From: Botryllus schlosseri | Taxonomy: Eukaryota | Direction of reading: 5' to 3' | Assembly (NCBI GenBank): GCA_051294905.1 | Contig: CM119371.1 | Span: forward strand, 4,280,001 to 4,344,000 | Length of the DNA: 64,000 nucleotides | Shown here: in pieces, positions 11,615 through 25,142 of the stretch | Numbering within the stretch: position 1 is the stretch's first letter | How the letters are laid out: each line of letters opens with the position of its first letter | Position numbers and translations under genes: made by a program | The notes under the pieces: model-generated | Database searches by the model: none | What the model saw: only the letters and a program-made list of their open reading frames with translations | Told to the model about the DNA's origin: nothing

Positions 11615-13899
11615 CAGTGGTTCCCAACGTGGGCGATTTGCCGGTCTAGGGGGCGAAAATAACAAAGGGGGCGATAGGGGGGCGATGACGCGTTAAGAAG
11701 GCTATATTGGAGTTGGGACCGTAACTACCGCACCCCAAACCCCCAATTAGGAGCAAAAAATATTTCGTGAATTAACAAAAATTGTAGTGTAATTTTCCAG
11801 AAATTCATGGAACTTTATCCTAAAATTTTCATACAGACATTGAGGTACCCGTCCCCCAACAAAAATACACGTGATTTATGGAAATGGGGGACTTCGGCGT
11901 CAGCCATTACTGCGCCACGACGCACCAAGACAGATGAAGGTAGAGGTCATCTAACATGCGACTCCGAGAAGTGTGCCAGAACGATCAGCAGCGAGAAGAC
12001 CTTGGCCGAAAAGGAATGCCATTGTGCTGACCGAAAACTTCGATATGTATACTTATACGTATATATTAGGGTTGTCCATAATTTGGAAAATCTTACAAAT
12101 CCTCGGTTGTAATGTCTTATTCGATAGATTATTGATAAAAAACGACACCGAGCCTGAAAGAAGCTCACAGAAAGGCCGTTAAGATTTCGTGCAAAGCGTT
12201 TGAAAGTAGCTGCCGAAGAATGGGCGTGCCATCGACCATAGAACGGCGAGAAGACTAGTAATCAAGAAACCACGGCTCTTGATTGGATAATCGGCTATGC
12301 TTCAATGACCACGTCAGCAGCAGCTTGGTGATTAGGTGAACAAGGAGTCTGCTACTGGCGGCGATTCTGAAAGCGCATTGTATGTAGGTTGACAGATAAT
12401 GATTTAGGATTGATTAAGGGTATGTTGAGGTACGAAATACATGATGAACAAACAACAGCTGCTTCACAAAAACGTCTAAAGCAGTGGTTCTCAACCGATC
12501 GCTAGAGCATTCAAAACTTCAACTATTGCAACCTGAGCCCAATAAGATCACCTAACTTATAGTGTCATTGTTAAGCTTTATCTTTGTATTCAATAATGAT
12601 ATATTATTTCTGAAACTAGGAATCCGTCGCCACTTGCATAAGCGCCTATGCTTTCCCTCGTTGAAAACAAGGCATATAGGCTACAGCGGTTTCCTACACA
12701 ATGAAGCGGTCATGCTTTAGACGTTTTTGTGAAGCAGCTGTTGTTTGTACATCATGTATTTCGTACCTCAATATACCTTGAATCAATCCTTAATCATTAT
12801 CTGTCAACCTACATACAATGCGCTTTCTGAATCGCCGCCAGTAGCAGACTCCTTGTTCACCTAATCAGCAAGCTGCTGCTGACGTGGTCATTGAAGCATA
12901 GCCGATTATCCAATCAAGAGCCGTGGTTTCTTGATTACTAGTCTTCTCGCCGTTCTATGGTCGGTGGCACGCCCATTCTTCGGCAGCTACTTTCAAACGC
13001 TTTGCACGAAATCTTAACGGCCTTTCTCTGAGCTTCTTTCAGGCTCAGTGTCGTTTTTTATCAATAATCTATCGAATAAGACATTACAACCGAGGATTTG
13101 TAAGATTTTCCAAATTATGGACAACCCTAGTATATATGCTTAATTGTCCATATGTGCCTCAATGGCTGGCGTCGAATGTTCCTGTCCAGGCGACCTTAAC
13201 TCTATCAGGACAAATTCCATCCTGCAAAGAAAAAATTATTAGCCAGTTAAGAAATACCAATTTGAAATCATGTGCGACTTTTAGTTTGGTATGTTTTGAC
13301 GATTTCCATATCTGCTGACATACCAGATATAGGAGGTCACAAAATAGCATCATGTAACGAAGTCGATATAACAATGATTCCGGCTAATTTCGTGGCAAAG
13401 CGAACTACGTGATGAGGGTCAGTTTATCACCCTATGGGAGCACAAGACCAAATTTTTTTGGGGGGCCTGACGAAGTGCTGTTTCATTCCTGCCAACGGGT
13501 ATACGCCAGAAGATGTTTAATTATTATTTAGGGGTGCCCTACCTTTTCCAACACACCACACTCAGATCTACCGGTAAATCTGATTACGTGAGCAAAAAGA
13601 GGATGAAAAAAATTGATAGCAATATATATGCAATTCCCGACCATATTGACCGATTCAAACATGAATTATATAAATTTGTGGCACTTTGCGCGTTTAGGCG
13701 AAATACGGTGGCTTACCAAACAGTACATGAAATAGGGTATAGCTAAAATGTAGCGAAAAAAAAACCACTGGCTGACAGGGGGTCTGAGGTGGTTTATCAC
13801 CCTATCGGGCCAAAGACCAACGCTTTAGGGGGTGACGAGGTGGGTAGGTAGGTGGACCTTCAAAAGGGGCGACGTGTCGAAAAAGGTTGGGAACAACTG
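11615..13899. mobile_element. Non-autonomous hAT element with nested fold-back element
   Basis: TIRs CAGTGGTTCCCAAC / GTTGGGAACAACTG, perfect TSD GTCTAATC. Confidence 0.85.
12067..13129. mobile_element. Fold-back hAT-like MITE with about 417-bp inverted arms
   Basis: 12067-12483 is near-identical to the reverse complement of 12713-13129; TAGGGTTGTCC ends; perfect TSD GTATATAT. Confidence 0.9.
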
Positions 13900-14704
13900 G
13901 TCTAATCAATTATTATCAGTTGGTAGTGTTTTTAGTTAAGCTAGTTGCAGATATTCAACAGTCGTTATAGTTCTAGTTGTTGCAAAGTGGGTAGTTCTAG
14001 TTGGTGTTCAGAGTTTTGAAAAGAGAGTAGTTGTAGTTCTAATTCAAATTGCGAAGATAAAGATAATTTGTATATTATAATCATACCGACGTGGTACCTA
14101 TTTCTTGCAGTCTGTGACATTGCTGCGGGTTGATCACGACAACACAGATGTGACTTTTCCACTAACGTGGGTAGAGTTTGTACTACATTTTTTGTATACC
14201 GCAATACGACCAATCTGGGTTTACAGATATCCACAATGGAAAATGCGTTTGAATCCATTACTCTCAGTAAGTTCAGTTGGTTTTATTGTTGGCTTTTGTG
14301 GCATATACTTCAAAATTATAAAAATTCATATCTCTCTACTCTACTGGAATGATTGTGCCCAGCTCTAATGATCAGAATTGTCCATCAAGAAAATTTTGAG
14401 CTTTTCCAAACTGGCTTAGAATCAAAATTATGTCTATCCTACACAATTTTTTTCTCAATAAGATGATAATTAGAATTACAGCTGGTTTTCCCACTTGTAC
14501 TCGGTATTAGAATTACACCGACGTAATTTTGTTTTACAAATTAGCCTAGAATGACTGAATTCGAAAACGAATTACACCAAAAATCGGTAAAATTGATATC
14601 AATTACTTGTTGAAGTCTGCTAGTAAGGAACATTACAGAGCTGGTACATTTGTGAGCGCTACAGTTTGAGAGACAGTACAGTTGTAACACGGAAATGCTT
14701 TTAC

Positions 14705-14851
14705 CCTTCTTTCGCACCACTCGAGAACGATGTCGACAAAATCCTTGTCTTGGAAGAATCCGTGAAATCCAAAGAGGTGCTCGTGATTTCAAACTGTGAT
14801 GAAGATGATCTCTTGACATTTCGTCTTCCTGGTGATCATCCGCAGCAATGC
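14705..14851 (-). pseudogene. PLK1: PLK1-like e2 copy
   Basis: ALL../DDHQEDEMS../[27 protein letters not shown]|gt. Confidence 0.85.
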
Positions 14852-15705
14852 CTGGAATTCAAATACCAGGTACTAGTGACAGGAGTGTCAGGAGGTGTAT
14901 ATTTTAATAAGGTATCCTGATTACCCGGCAGATTATATCGTTTGGCCAATCATATTGAGTCTGTATTATTGTTCGAAAGATATCGGCCATGAAAATAAAA
15001 AAAAATATCAGCAATTTCCATGACAGCACAACATGGTAGCAGGCAGTCGGAGAACTATCATCAGCGATTGCTACACTGGGAATATTCATCGATTTGTTAT
15101 TCATCGCTGATACTCGAGTATAGAAGTAACGTCATAATTTTACTGAAGTACTAGCACAAGTAGCGATTTTGAAGTAGGTATTCGAGGACTAGTTTTGCCA
15201 ATAAACTGTTACATAGAGGTATGCTAGTAGTTTAAAATAATATCCACTTTAGTGATCTGAGAAATAGTGCATGTCTACGCCATATCAAAATCTTCTTGAG
15301 TATCCTGACAAAGTAGAAGTACTCTTTTTACTGACTACTTAACAGGAGTCCAAATACATCCTTTCTATTTTATATCATATCCAAATATAACAAAAACGAG
15401 CAAATTTGTTCCAATAAATGCTCTGAAGATTTGGAAATGTTCCTCAAACTAGTTGCCATATTATTTCGTTATCGGCCGAGTATATCGGGGTTATCGGTGA
15501 AGGTGCTACTTATCGTTATCGGCTCAAATATACGATACCGGCCGTGCTCAAGTTATCATGAATGAGACTCGAGTACGCTACTCGAAACTTAATACTCGAT
15601 TATCTAGTTGTCCAAATCTGCTAGTAACGATCATTACATAGCTGATGCAATCGCGACCTCAACAGTTTGAGAGACATTGCAGCTGTGACAAGGAAATGTT
15701 TTTAC

Positions 15706-15841
15706 CCTTCTTTTGCACAACTAGAGAATGATGTCGACAAAATTATCGTCTTGGAAAAATCTGCTGAAATCCAACGTGCTTGTGATTCCAGCTGCGATGG
15801 AGACTGATGTCTTCAAATTTTGTCTTTTTGATGGCCATTGC
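15706..15841 (-). pseudogene. PLK1: PLK1-like e2 copy
   Basis: HQKDK..DISLHRSWNHKHVGF/FFQDDNFVDIIL*LCKRR|gt. Confidence 0.85.
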
Positions 15842-16619
15842 CTGAAATTAAGATTCGTACAAATGGTCAATCTTGTTACGTGACGAGCAACTAACCGCAT
15901 CTTTCTCTGACTAGCTCTATGTCTAATTGTGGACTTGGAAAAGTAAGTAGTTGTCACTTCTAGTTATAGTTGCACATTTTGGATATTGAGTCGTTATATG
16001 GTTGTTCACTTGTTCAGTTTGAAAATCCAGTGTGGTAGCTTACCGGCCAACCATGTATACCTAGGGTGATGAAAAAATCTGCATCAAGTTATCAAGTGGG
16101 AAGCTCGTGGCTAAAACCGGCATAGTGATTCGGATATTGGAATCTGAGTTAAGCGTCAATTCTAATGATTGGAGTTGACAAGCGAGAGATGAGTTTTTTA
16201 GTTTTAAAATGATACGCTCCTGGCCACCAAGAGGAAATCTATCAACAAGAATTATTGTTTTGTTATGATTTTCCGGTGTGGAAGCCATGAAGTAGCGATT
16301 GATCATATCGCACCTTACGAGATATGAGGTACGTAACTACACATGTTAGTGGAAATGACATATCTCGGAAAGAATCAACCCACAGCACGGCCGGAAAAAT
16401 ACAAAATTATATTGAATATGATGTAGGACTGGCCTTACATTGTTTGTGGTTGCATAAAAGTACATATTTGAATTTTGCAGTTCAGTCATAATGTTATTAA
16501 CGCTGTAATGAATGCTACTCAAATACTCGACTCGATTCAGAGTCGAATTACTCGGGTGCGCAATATTTTCCATCTCTACACCTACAAACCTTGCAACCTC
16601 AATGCTGCATCATACTCAC

Positions 16620-16807
16620 ATAACACAACCCAACGACCGGATGTCCACTTTGAAACTGTTTCCTTACTTTCCTAGAACTTCCGGGGCAATATAGTTGGAT
16701 GTGACGCAAAACGTGTTCTTTGCTCAGCTGTCAAAGTCGATATTGGTAGCTAGGCCAAAATATCCACTCTTCATCGTCATGTTGTTGCTCAGGAATATAT
16801 TCTCAAG
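16620..16807 (-). pseudogene. PLK1: PLK1-like e4 copy
   Basis: [60 protein letters not shown]|gtgagt. Confidence 0.9.
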
Positions 16808-17191
16808 CTGTCAATACAAATTTTGCAGTTAGTTACACAAGCATCCAGAATTGTACAAATTTCAAAACGCATTAATTGATGACCAACAAACAACTGCTTT
16901 TTTAGTAGTTCTAGTTTGGATTTGAAGAGTTTAATTGTCCGACAACTAGAAAACGCGTTCGGTGTGAATCGTAATACCGTTTAGCTGTTGTATGCTGTTC
17001 TTATTTCCTAGATCATTACAATTCGGTAAGTCACGTTTTAGTTCAAGTAGTTAGTTGTGGATTCTCAAGTCGTTCGTTCTAGTTGTAGTTGAAAATTCCG
17101 AAAAGTGAGTAAGTCTAGTTCTAGTATTAGTAGCGGATTCCAATAAATCCAGCAGTTTGTACAAGTCTGGTATACCTGCAAGCAATGTTAC

Positions 17192-17303
17192 CTTGATATT
17201 CCGTGAAGATAAATATCACCAAGCAGAAGCTGTTGCATGTAATAACAGGTCTCTGGTTCCGTGATGACTCGTCATCCTTTGTAAACTTTGTAAACACCTG
17301 TGA
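17192..17303 (-). pseudogene. PLK1: PLK1-like e3 copy (degraded)
   Basis: ..KVYKG*RVITEPETCYYMQQLLLG..|gt with internal deletion. Confidence 0.8.
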
Positions 17304-17656
17304 CTGACAACAAAATGAAAAGCTAATTGGATTGCTAGAGAATATTATTTGTGAGGCACATCTGAATCGGTGGTTCTCAACCTGACCGGTCAAATCTGAC
17401 AACAAATTTTGCGTATCAGTGAACCTTGCCAATAAAAAATGACATGAAATGATGCCTATAGGTTTGATATTAGACATATCCTATTTAGGAGCATCACTCA
17501 TATGGCGTAAATAATATGAAGTCATAACGAGTGATACTCGAGTCGAAGACTAATGCGTGATTCAGAATCGAATTTCTCATGTGCTCGATTTTACCCATTT
17601 CTACACCTAAGACCGCTGCAACCCCTTTTAGTAAGTCCTAGATGAGTGATACTCAC

Positions 17657-17843
17657 AAAACACATCCCAGCCACAAGGTGTCCATTTTGAAACTGCGTCC
17701 ATTCTTGACGATAACTTCCGGTGCAATATAGTTTGGTGTGGCCCAAAAATGTTCTTTGTTTGGTTGTCAAAGTCGACTTTGGTAGCTTGTCCAAAATCTC
17801 CAATCTTCACCTCCATGTTGTTGTTCAGGAAGAGGTTATCCAG
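17657..17843 (-). pseudogene. PLK1: PLK1-like e4 copy
   Basis: [61 protein letters not shown]|gtgagt. Confidence 0.9.
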
Positions 17844-18252
17844 CTGTCAATGCAACTATATAGACTTACACAACTATATAGAGTTACATGAACTACCCAT
17901 CTAGTTGGTTGATGGTCAATTATAATTAGCTAATGGCTTAGTGATAGCTCTAGTTCTAGATGCGCATTTAAACAAAATTAGTTACACCCTACAATTAGTC
18001 GACACAAATCTTGCTACCGGTGCTTTGTTGTGTGATATTGTTGCATTCATTGCTATCTCAGAGTCCTTATTACTAACAAGGGCTTAGCAAGGTGTGGGTG
18101 TGGGGCGGAAACCCCTCTCACTTCATAGTCGAATAACAACTTTCAAGTTTCAGACCAAATCCTTGTTTTCACAAGAGTTCACAAAACAAGTCATTGGTGC
18201 ATACAACATATACCAGTCACATAGATTCCTTCCGCTAACAAACTTTACTCAC

Positions 18253-18426
18253 CTTCAGCACAATTCTACAAGCGAAAACTCATTTTGTTCCGACTTGCGT
18301 GATTTTTGAAGCATTTCGCAAATCCCCGTTTGCCAAGAAATGTACCTCTCATGTATCGTTTCCCACTAGAGTCATCACACACGACTTCGGGTTCTCTTTA
18401 GTAGCGATGTCAGCTTTATCTTACAT
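18253..18426 (-). pseudogene. PLK1: PLK1-like e1 (ATG, Gly loop, catalytic-Lys region)
   Basis: [54 protein letters not shown]|gtgagt, cf. [49 protein letters not shown]. Confidence 0.9.
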
Positions 18427-20537
18427 TATAGTGAAATCAAATACAAATCAGTCTGGAAAAAGAAATATTGTGTATTCACATGGACAGACAAACTGATACC
18501 GGAACAAAGTCTATTATGTTATTTAAAAATACCTTATTTTGAAAAATTTTACTGGTTAGTTGATATAATAGTTAGGTTGTCCAAGAAATATGTTGTTGTT
18601 GAACAAACTTGATTCATACTTTTTACTTGTAGTTCATAGACTAGGCCTATAGAAGACTAGACAGCTAGAGCTGGAACTATAACCCCAGGCTACATTCCTG
18701 TTACTAGTGATGACTGTCAGCTAGCAATGGGTTATTGCTAATGGCTTGCCGCAAGAACATCACACAACAGAACACTGGTATCACGATTCATACTAAATTA
18801 CGACACATGTTTTCTATAGTGGTTTGGCAATTAATATCTTTTTAAATGCACAACTAGAGAACTATACAACTGGGAATTTTCAAAGTACGCTACTGGCTAC
18901 TGATTGATATGAAACTTGATCTACTCAAAATACCAGCAATTAGCTAACCAACTGGATAAGTAGTTTGTAGAGGTCTGCACAGAACCTCAAGTAAAACAGA
19001 TAAAAACATAGTAGCGAAATGGATGATGATTCGCAGTGATGGTATCATCTTGATATCTCGGTTACTATAGTCCAGAGCGATGATTAATTGATCGTCAGGC
19101 AACAAGATCGATAATTTGTAGAAGTCTCCACAGAACCTAAAGTTTAGGTCCTCCGGAAAAAACAGATGCAATTATAATAGCGGAACTGATCATGAGCTTT
19201 GACGGTAACATCCTAATTTCTCTATGTCTAGTCCGGAGAGATAATTTGATGATAATTCGCAAATTGAGAAATACAAGTCGCGTGGGATAATTGGTATTAG
19301 TCTTTGACACTGATAAAAGGTTATGCAATAAAGTATATAACTTCTTCTTTATAATAACAATACTGTGAATTATACTTTTGCAATAGATTACTAACTTTCG
19401 GAGATTAGTTATCTATACCGTTGCTGGGCAGAGCAGTGAGCAATCAAATATTGAAATATCTACTCAGACAGAGGGGAATCACCCATCTATATTGCGGCCG
19501 ACGTCGATGAGCCGTAAACGACAGTTTTTTTTATTATTTTGCCGATCATACAAAAGCTAATGTTAATAACCATGCAAGATGTGGAGTGATAGAGTAATTA
19601 ACTGCGAAACCGATATTATATCAGTGGTTTTCAACCTTTACTAACATGACGAACTCTTGCTCTAATCAGCAAGCCTTCTATGGTCTAGAATTATTGCCCA
19701 GTTAGAGTAACATAGAATACGAAAATCTACGTCAATATACGCCTGACACATCACTATAAAATATTGGTACCTATAGTCAACAGTGCATCAAAAGAACGAC
19801 ACCCTATGATTGTCTCACGAAAAAAAAAGAATATTTCCTGGCAGGCAGTTCTGCTTTCTACTTTTTTGCCACCGTACAACCCTAAGGTGTCGCTATGACT
19901 CCATGAGGCCTGCCCAATGATTGGGTATCCGAGACCTCAGGTGTTCTGCTTTTCTTATTCACTGCTCAGTGCTCACTGCTCAGTTTAGTTTAGTTGTAGG
20001 TCGAATTTTCAAGTAGTTCTAATTCTAGTTCGTGATTTTGAATAGGTAATAGTTATAGTTACAGAAAATTAGCTGCCGATAAACGGAAACTTGAATCAGA
20101 AGTAGAAAACGTATTGTCATCTAACGTAAATTGTGATGCCAGTGTTTCATTGGGTGATGTTCTTGCAACTAATACCAATTGCAAGCTCAGAATCATCACT
20201 AGCAACGGTTAAGCAGCTAAGGGGTGGATTTCGAGGGTCAAAACCCCTCCCATTTCAAACTTGCACTGATGTTCATTGTTCATGCGGAAAGCCGATTCTA
20301 ATAAGATGAAGATGAAGTCGATTCAAGATTGAATCTATACTTGTGATTCATAGTTGTGAAGGCAGTTAGTTCTAGTCTTTTCTAGCGTGTCTAAAAGTGA
20401 GTAATTCGAGTTTTATTTACTCAATTTGAAAATTCAGTAGTTTGTACAAGTATGACTGAGAATGGTGCTTTTTCCATGCATATGTCTATCATGAAAAGGG
20501 CCTACAATAAAGTTTGGATAAATATATATATTCGAAA

Positions 20538-21082
20538 ACGTTATCTGACATTCTGCAGCACTTGTTTGGTACGCCTTTACACATTGGAAAGTGATCCTCA
20601 TGATCACCACCATGTGTTCCCAAAAACTCCATGACTATAGTTCGCGAATGACAGATCTGACGCTGTCACATTTTTGTTTTAGTGATCGGCCAGAGTGGAA
20701 TTGGTGGCAACGTCACGCACAACTTTTCGCTTCATTACTTGATTATTCTATTCAAGAAACCCTTCTGTCACGCGCAACTTATTGCTGAAAACAACCACTT
20801 TTTCCAGTCTTGGCGATCGGAAATGATGTATTGTTTGTGCACATTCATAAGGGGCATTGTATTTCACTAGCCAAATGCAACTCAATTTTCATATAGATTA
20901 AGAGAGATATCCAGGTGAAGACAAAAGAAATGAAAATAGGGGACACTTGAATATCGCAGAAAAACCATAAATGTTGACATGCTCAATCGCTCATGGGGAA
21001 CATTGATTGTTGGTAATCATGGGGAACATTTTCCAGTGTGCGGAGTATACCAAAGAAGGTATTGCAGCATATGCATAAGTGT
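20538..21082. repeat. Old inverted repeat with about 85-bp degenerate arms, probable decayed MITE
   Basis: 20538-20622 resembles the reverse complement of about 20994-21082. Confidence 0.5.
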
Positions 21083-22764
21083 CCTAATTTTAACAATCTT
21101 CAGACTGATTATTATCGTATAAAGCTTGCATCCGGGGAAGTATTGTTGTTTGTCTGATGTTTTTGGTTAATGTCACATTATGATTTGTGAGAGCTGCTTG
21201 TATATGGTGTCTTATCGTTGGTTTCTATGTTCGTATTTTCACTGTTGAAAATGAGTGCCGATGGACACAATGATTACATTACTGTATTCGAATTTAGTAT
21301 TAATTGCAACAATTCAAGTTGAGTAGTGAGAGATGATTTTTTCAATTACAGTACACTCCTTTATAGGATACTAAGAGTTATATTATTACGGCCATACATC
21401 GGTGATCGAATTTGTTGGAAGTAAAGCAATCAGCTATTATGAGCTGAATTTCTCCTAATAAAATGCAAGCACTTTCTTATCCTGTTTCTATCTATAATTA
21501 GTAGGGTTATTACTACGATAAATCTTCATTAATATTTTTTGTATTTTTGTGAAAAATATTCAATAATTTTTACGCTGTTGTTTATGCACAGTTGATTTTG
21601 TGCACCAGTATTCTATAGTATTGCATCAGCTGTGCAATGTGATGGATTTTGGTTTTCGTAATTAGGCGAAAATTTGTAGTTTGCTAAAGGCCTGCAGATT
21701 ATCGTATGGGCTTGCCTAGTTATCGTAGTTAGGAAAGGCCAAGAACTACTGCTGAAAGAGTTATAGCTTTCACAATGCCTTGCCTTTTCATTTGATAAGT
21801 GGTTGGTGAAAGTTTTTAATATTGACCGAGGAGGTGTGTCTTAAAAAGTTGAAGAACTACAGTTCTAGAAGATATCTAGTCGGGATACTGCCAACGCTCC
21901 TGCTCGTATTACGGCGTTATAATAATTGGGCTTTGTAAAGTAGACAGACTTTTAGGGTTGTTTTCAAATTTTACTGGCTAGTTGATGAAAATGCCAAGTT
22001 TGTTAAGCGGAAAGTAATATGGTAGAAAATTATGGATTTTTAATTACAATCAAAAATTCATTGACATTGTATGGGCTCCCTCATGGAATGGTTAGGTTGT
22101 CTGCAAAAATATTGAATGATGCATATTCATCAACTCCAACCCATAGAAGTAGCAGGGTACGAAATGTTGGATTATGAAAAATAATACTATTTCCGATAGG
22201 ACATTTCATCGTTAAAACTGGATTGAACGGGTTCATGAGCCTGTATCATTGCACAGTTTCAGTCTTGCAGAGTTAACTACGCCTTGTGAAACCCAAAACG
22301 ATATTTGGGTCTCGTGATTCTAATTTTTTGCAAGCTCCAAAGATGATCTGAAAAGCGCTACAATAGTAATTGCTAGGGCTGGGTAGTGTCCTAGTGGGCA
22401 TCAGGTTTTAATGAATTGATTGGGACAATAAGGGATTGTTTTTTTCTGAGTTTCGAAATCATATGATCCTCGCCACTAAGATGTAACTTGCCAAATCAGA
22501 ATTCGAGTTTCGATGCTATTTTCTTCTGTGAAAGGATTAAAAACATGAATTGTTGTCAAAAGTTGAATGAAATGGTTGTGGTGTAAAAACACCAAGCTAT
22601 CTTTATTGTGATATAAAACTGGCATTATACACTTCGTGATCGCGTAAATCGTACATATCTGAACTTGACACATCTTTCGTATTGTTATGTCGTCACAATG
22701 AAGGATACTCAAATCCCCAACTTGACTCGAAGCCTAATACTCGATTTATATCTACTGATTACGC

Positions 22765-23156
22765 ATGAGAGAACTCATGCGGGCACCACGTTAAAAGGTC
22801 TAAAATTGGAATTAAAATTGTTGAAACCATATTGAATGGTTCCGGGAATTCAAAAGGTCATTTACAAAGCATTTCATTAACTATTTTCATAAATATGGTA
22901 AAATGCCATGCAAAATTCTTCCATCTCGTTTTGATTGCAGAAGTTCAAAATGAAATGAGGTCTATAAAAAGGGAACCAATTTGAAAACTGGGATTTGCAG
23001 GCAGTGTCCACTCTGTGTGCAGTATGTGCTAAAATCTTCAAGTTTAGTCCTGCCATCAATTGTAGCCAGTGTGGGGATCAATTCACCACCTTTGGGTCTT
23101 TTTCTATCCACAACAATATGACAATCACCAATACGTGTTTCCAGTGTACATGTTAA
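22765..23156 (+). pseudogene. Possible highly degraded C2H2 zinc-finger remnant
   Basis: Fragments HERTHAG, LCAVCAKIF, CSQCGDQFTTFGSFSIH, CFQC in broken frames. Confidence 0.35.
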
Positions 23157-24076
23157 AATTAATTGTGTTGTAATGGGTTTAGGGCAGACTTGAACAACTA
23201 GACGACTTTCAGCTTTTTTAAAGTTAGCTAGCTAGCATTTTTCAAATTTCCAAATTAGATTAGACTTGAAGTTAGACTGATACTGAATTCGTGAAAACTT
23301 TGTAGTTGAATCAATTTAATCTCATATCAAATCAGAGTTCATTCTCATACTTATGGAAATATGTGTACAGTAATCCTGACTCGATTCACACGGTACAGTA
23401 CAGTTTCAATAAAACCAGACAGCAGATAAGAAATAAAATGAGAGCATACAAACCTTTTACAGATTAGATTAGAATCTGTATTTGAGCCAGTGTTGGGGTC
23501 AAGTCACTACCTTCATGTCATGAGTCATCTCGAGTCATTGCAAATTTTGACTCGAGTCAAGTCGTGTCAATCGATTTCCGAAGGTGACTCGAGTCAATTC
23601 AAGTCACTCGTTTTTTGGAGGTTACTCGAGTCAAGTCGCAATTCCAGTCATGGTTCAAGTCAAATTGAATTGCTGAAGTATGAGTGTTGCTGAAAAGTCA
23701 TTGCATTTTGCTGACTGTGTGAAAGACAGATTGATTGACCAAAATAAACATTTATCTTGAATCGAATAGCGAATATAAAGTTGACTATACATACAGAATG
23801 GCGTTGTATCGCTCACCAACACGCGGGACTGGTAAATAATACTTGAGTAACTGTATAGCCACATGCTCTACAGTCTGTTATTATCAGCCAACATAGAGGA
23901 TCCAATACGAAGCCTCGATATGGTACAATACCCTACTCAGCTACATATCCGTGAGAATTTAAAAGCATAAACTATATACATTGGATTTAAATCATACAAG
24001 AAAGTTGGTAAAGGTGAGCACTACATAAGGTAAGCACTTGAGCGGCCTAAGAAACAAAGATACGCTCCTATTAGAT

Positions 24077-24918
24077 CAGTGGTTCTCGAGCTTTTTGTCT
24101 TCGCCGACCCCTTTCAGACCGCCAGGGACCCTCGTGGACCCCTACCCCGATTATTAGTTCAAATTTACCTCAAATATCGTGCAATCGTCATATACCATTT
24201 GCAAATGTTAACTGTAGGCAACTAAAGATCGACCAAATGACTTTTCCAGAAAATAACAACATACTATTGATGTACAAATTGGGAGGACTTAATGTAGCGA
24301 ATTCTGTAGCTACATTTCTTTGACTACGCTGTCGTGCTGGAAAATCCACGTCGTCGATTTGACATGAGTGCCAAAAATACATTTCCACAGTGATAGGAGA
24401 TGGCGAATGTAATAATTAACCGCAGCGTTTCAGAAGACAATTTTGGTCTGATATATACGGCATCAACATTGAGAAACAGAACATCTAACGTCCAGCCTAT
24501 TCACTTTTATCTAGCAGGTCAATATGAAGTTATTCTGGAATATCGGTTATGACTCGTTCCATTATAATTTAGCAAATTTTCTGACATTTGTAATGCATAC
24601 CCTCATAATTGTCCAATATTTACAAATGTTGTTCTTTGAATTCTGGGTACATTTAAAAAATTAGATTGAAAAATTTCTCTCTAAACAGCAATATCTTTGT
24701 ATCAGTAGACTATTGGTTACTAAAATGCGTTTCCCTAGTAGAATATTTCATCTAAGACTGTATTTCTGGTTATGTCAGTCCTGAAGTTTGAACAGTTCTG
24801 GAGCGAAAATATTTCACTAATTAAAAAAATACAAATTTGGTTTTCAACCATTTTGCAAATTTGGAGGATTCGCGGACTATCTGAACATGCTTTGCGGACA
24901 ATCGGTTGAGAACCACTG
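24077..24918. mobile_element. Nested non-autonomous hAT element
   Basis: TIRs CAGTGGTTCTC / GAGAACCACTG; degenerate TSD TATTAGAT/TATTACGA; absent from the 46661-47603 copy. Confidence 0.7.
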
Positions 24919-25142
24919 TATTACGACAACATAAGCTGTGATCATTTCGTTTGTGGTCAATTTCCTAGTTGTGTACCAATGAAGAATCTGAGAAACCTAC
25001 AATCAGTGAATGACTGGCAGTGAATGACTGGTCGCTCTCACAAGTGACACCAGCGTATCGCGAACAATCCTAACTTGCCCATGGTACATCGTTTATTTGA
25101 TGACTTGAAATTGACTACTAAATTCTGCTCCGAGTCACGAGG

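Larger units (their letters stand above)
1..18426 (-). pseudogene. PLK1: PLK1-like pseudogene cluster A: one exon 1 plus amplified and scrambled kinase, linker and polo-box exons; continues beyond the window start
   Basis: About 18 mostly AG/GT-bounded segments translate by hand to PLK1 motifs (GKx[61 protein letters not shown]). Many carry stops or frameshifts. Confidence 0.9.
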
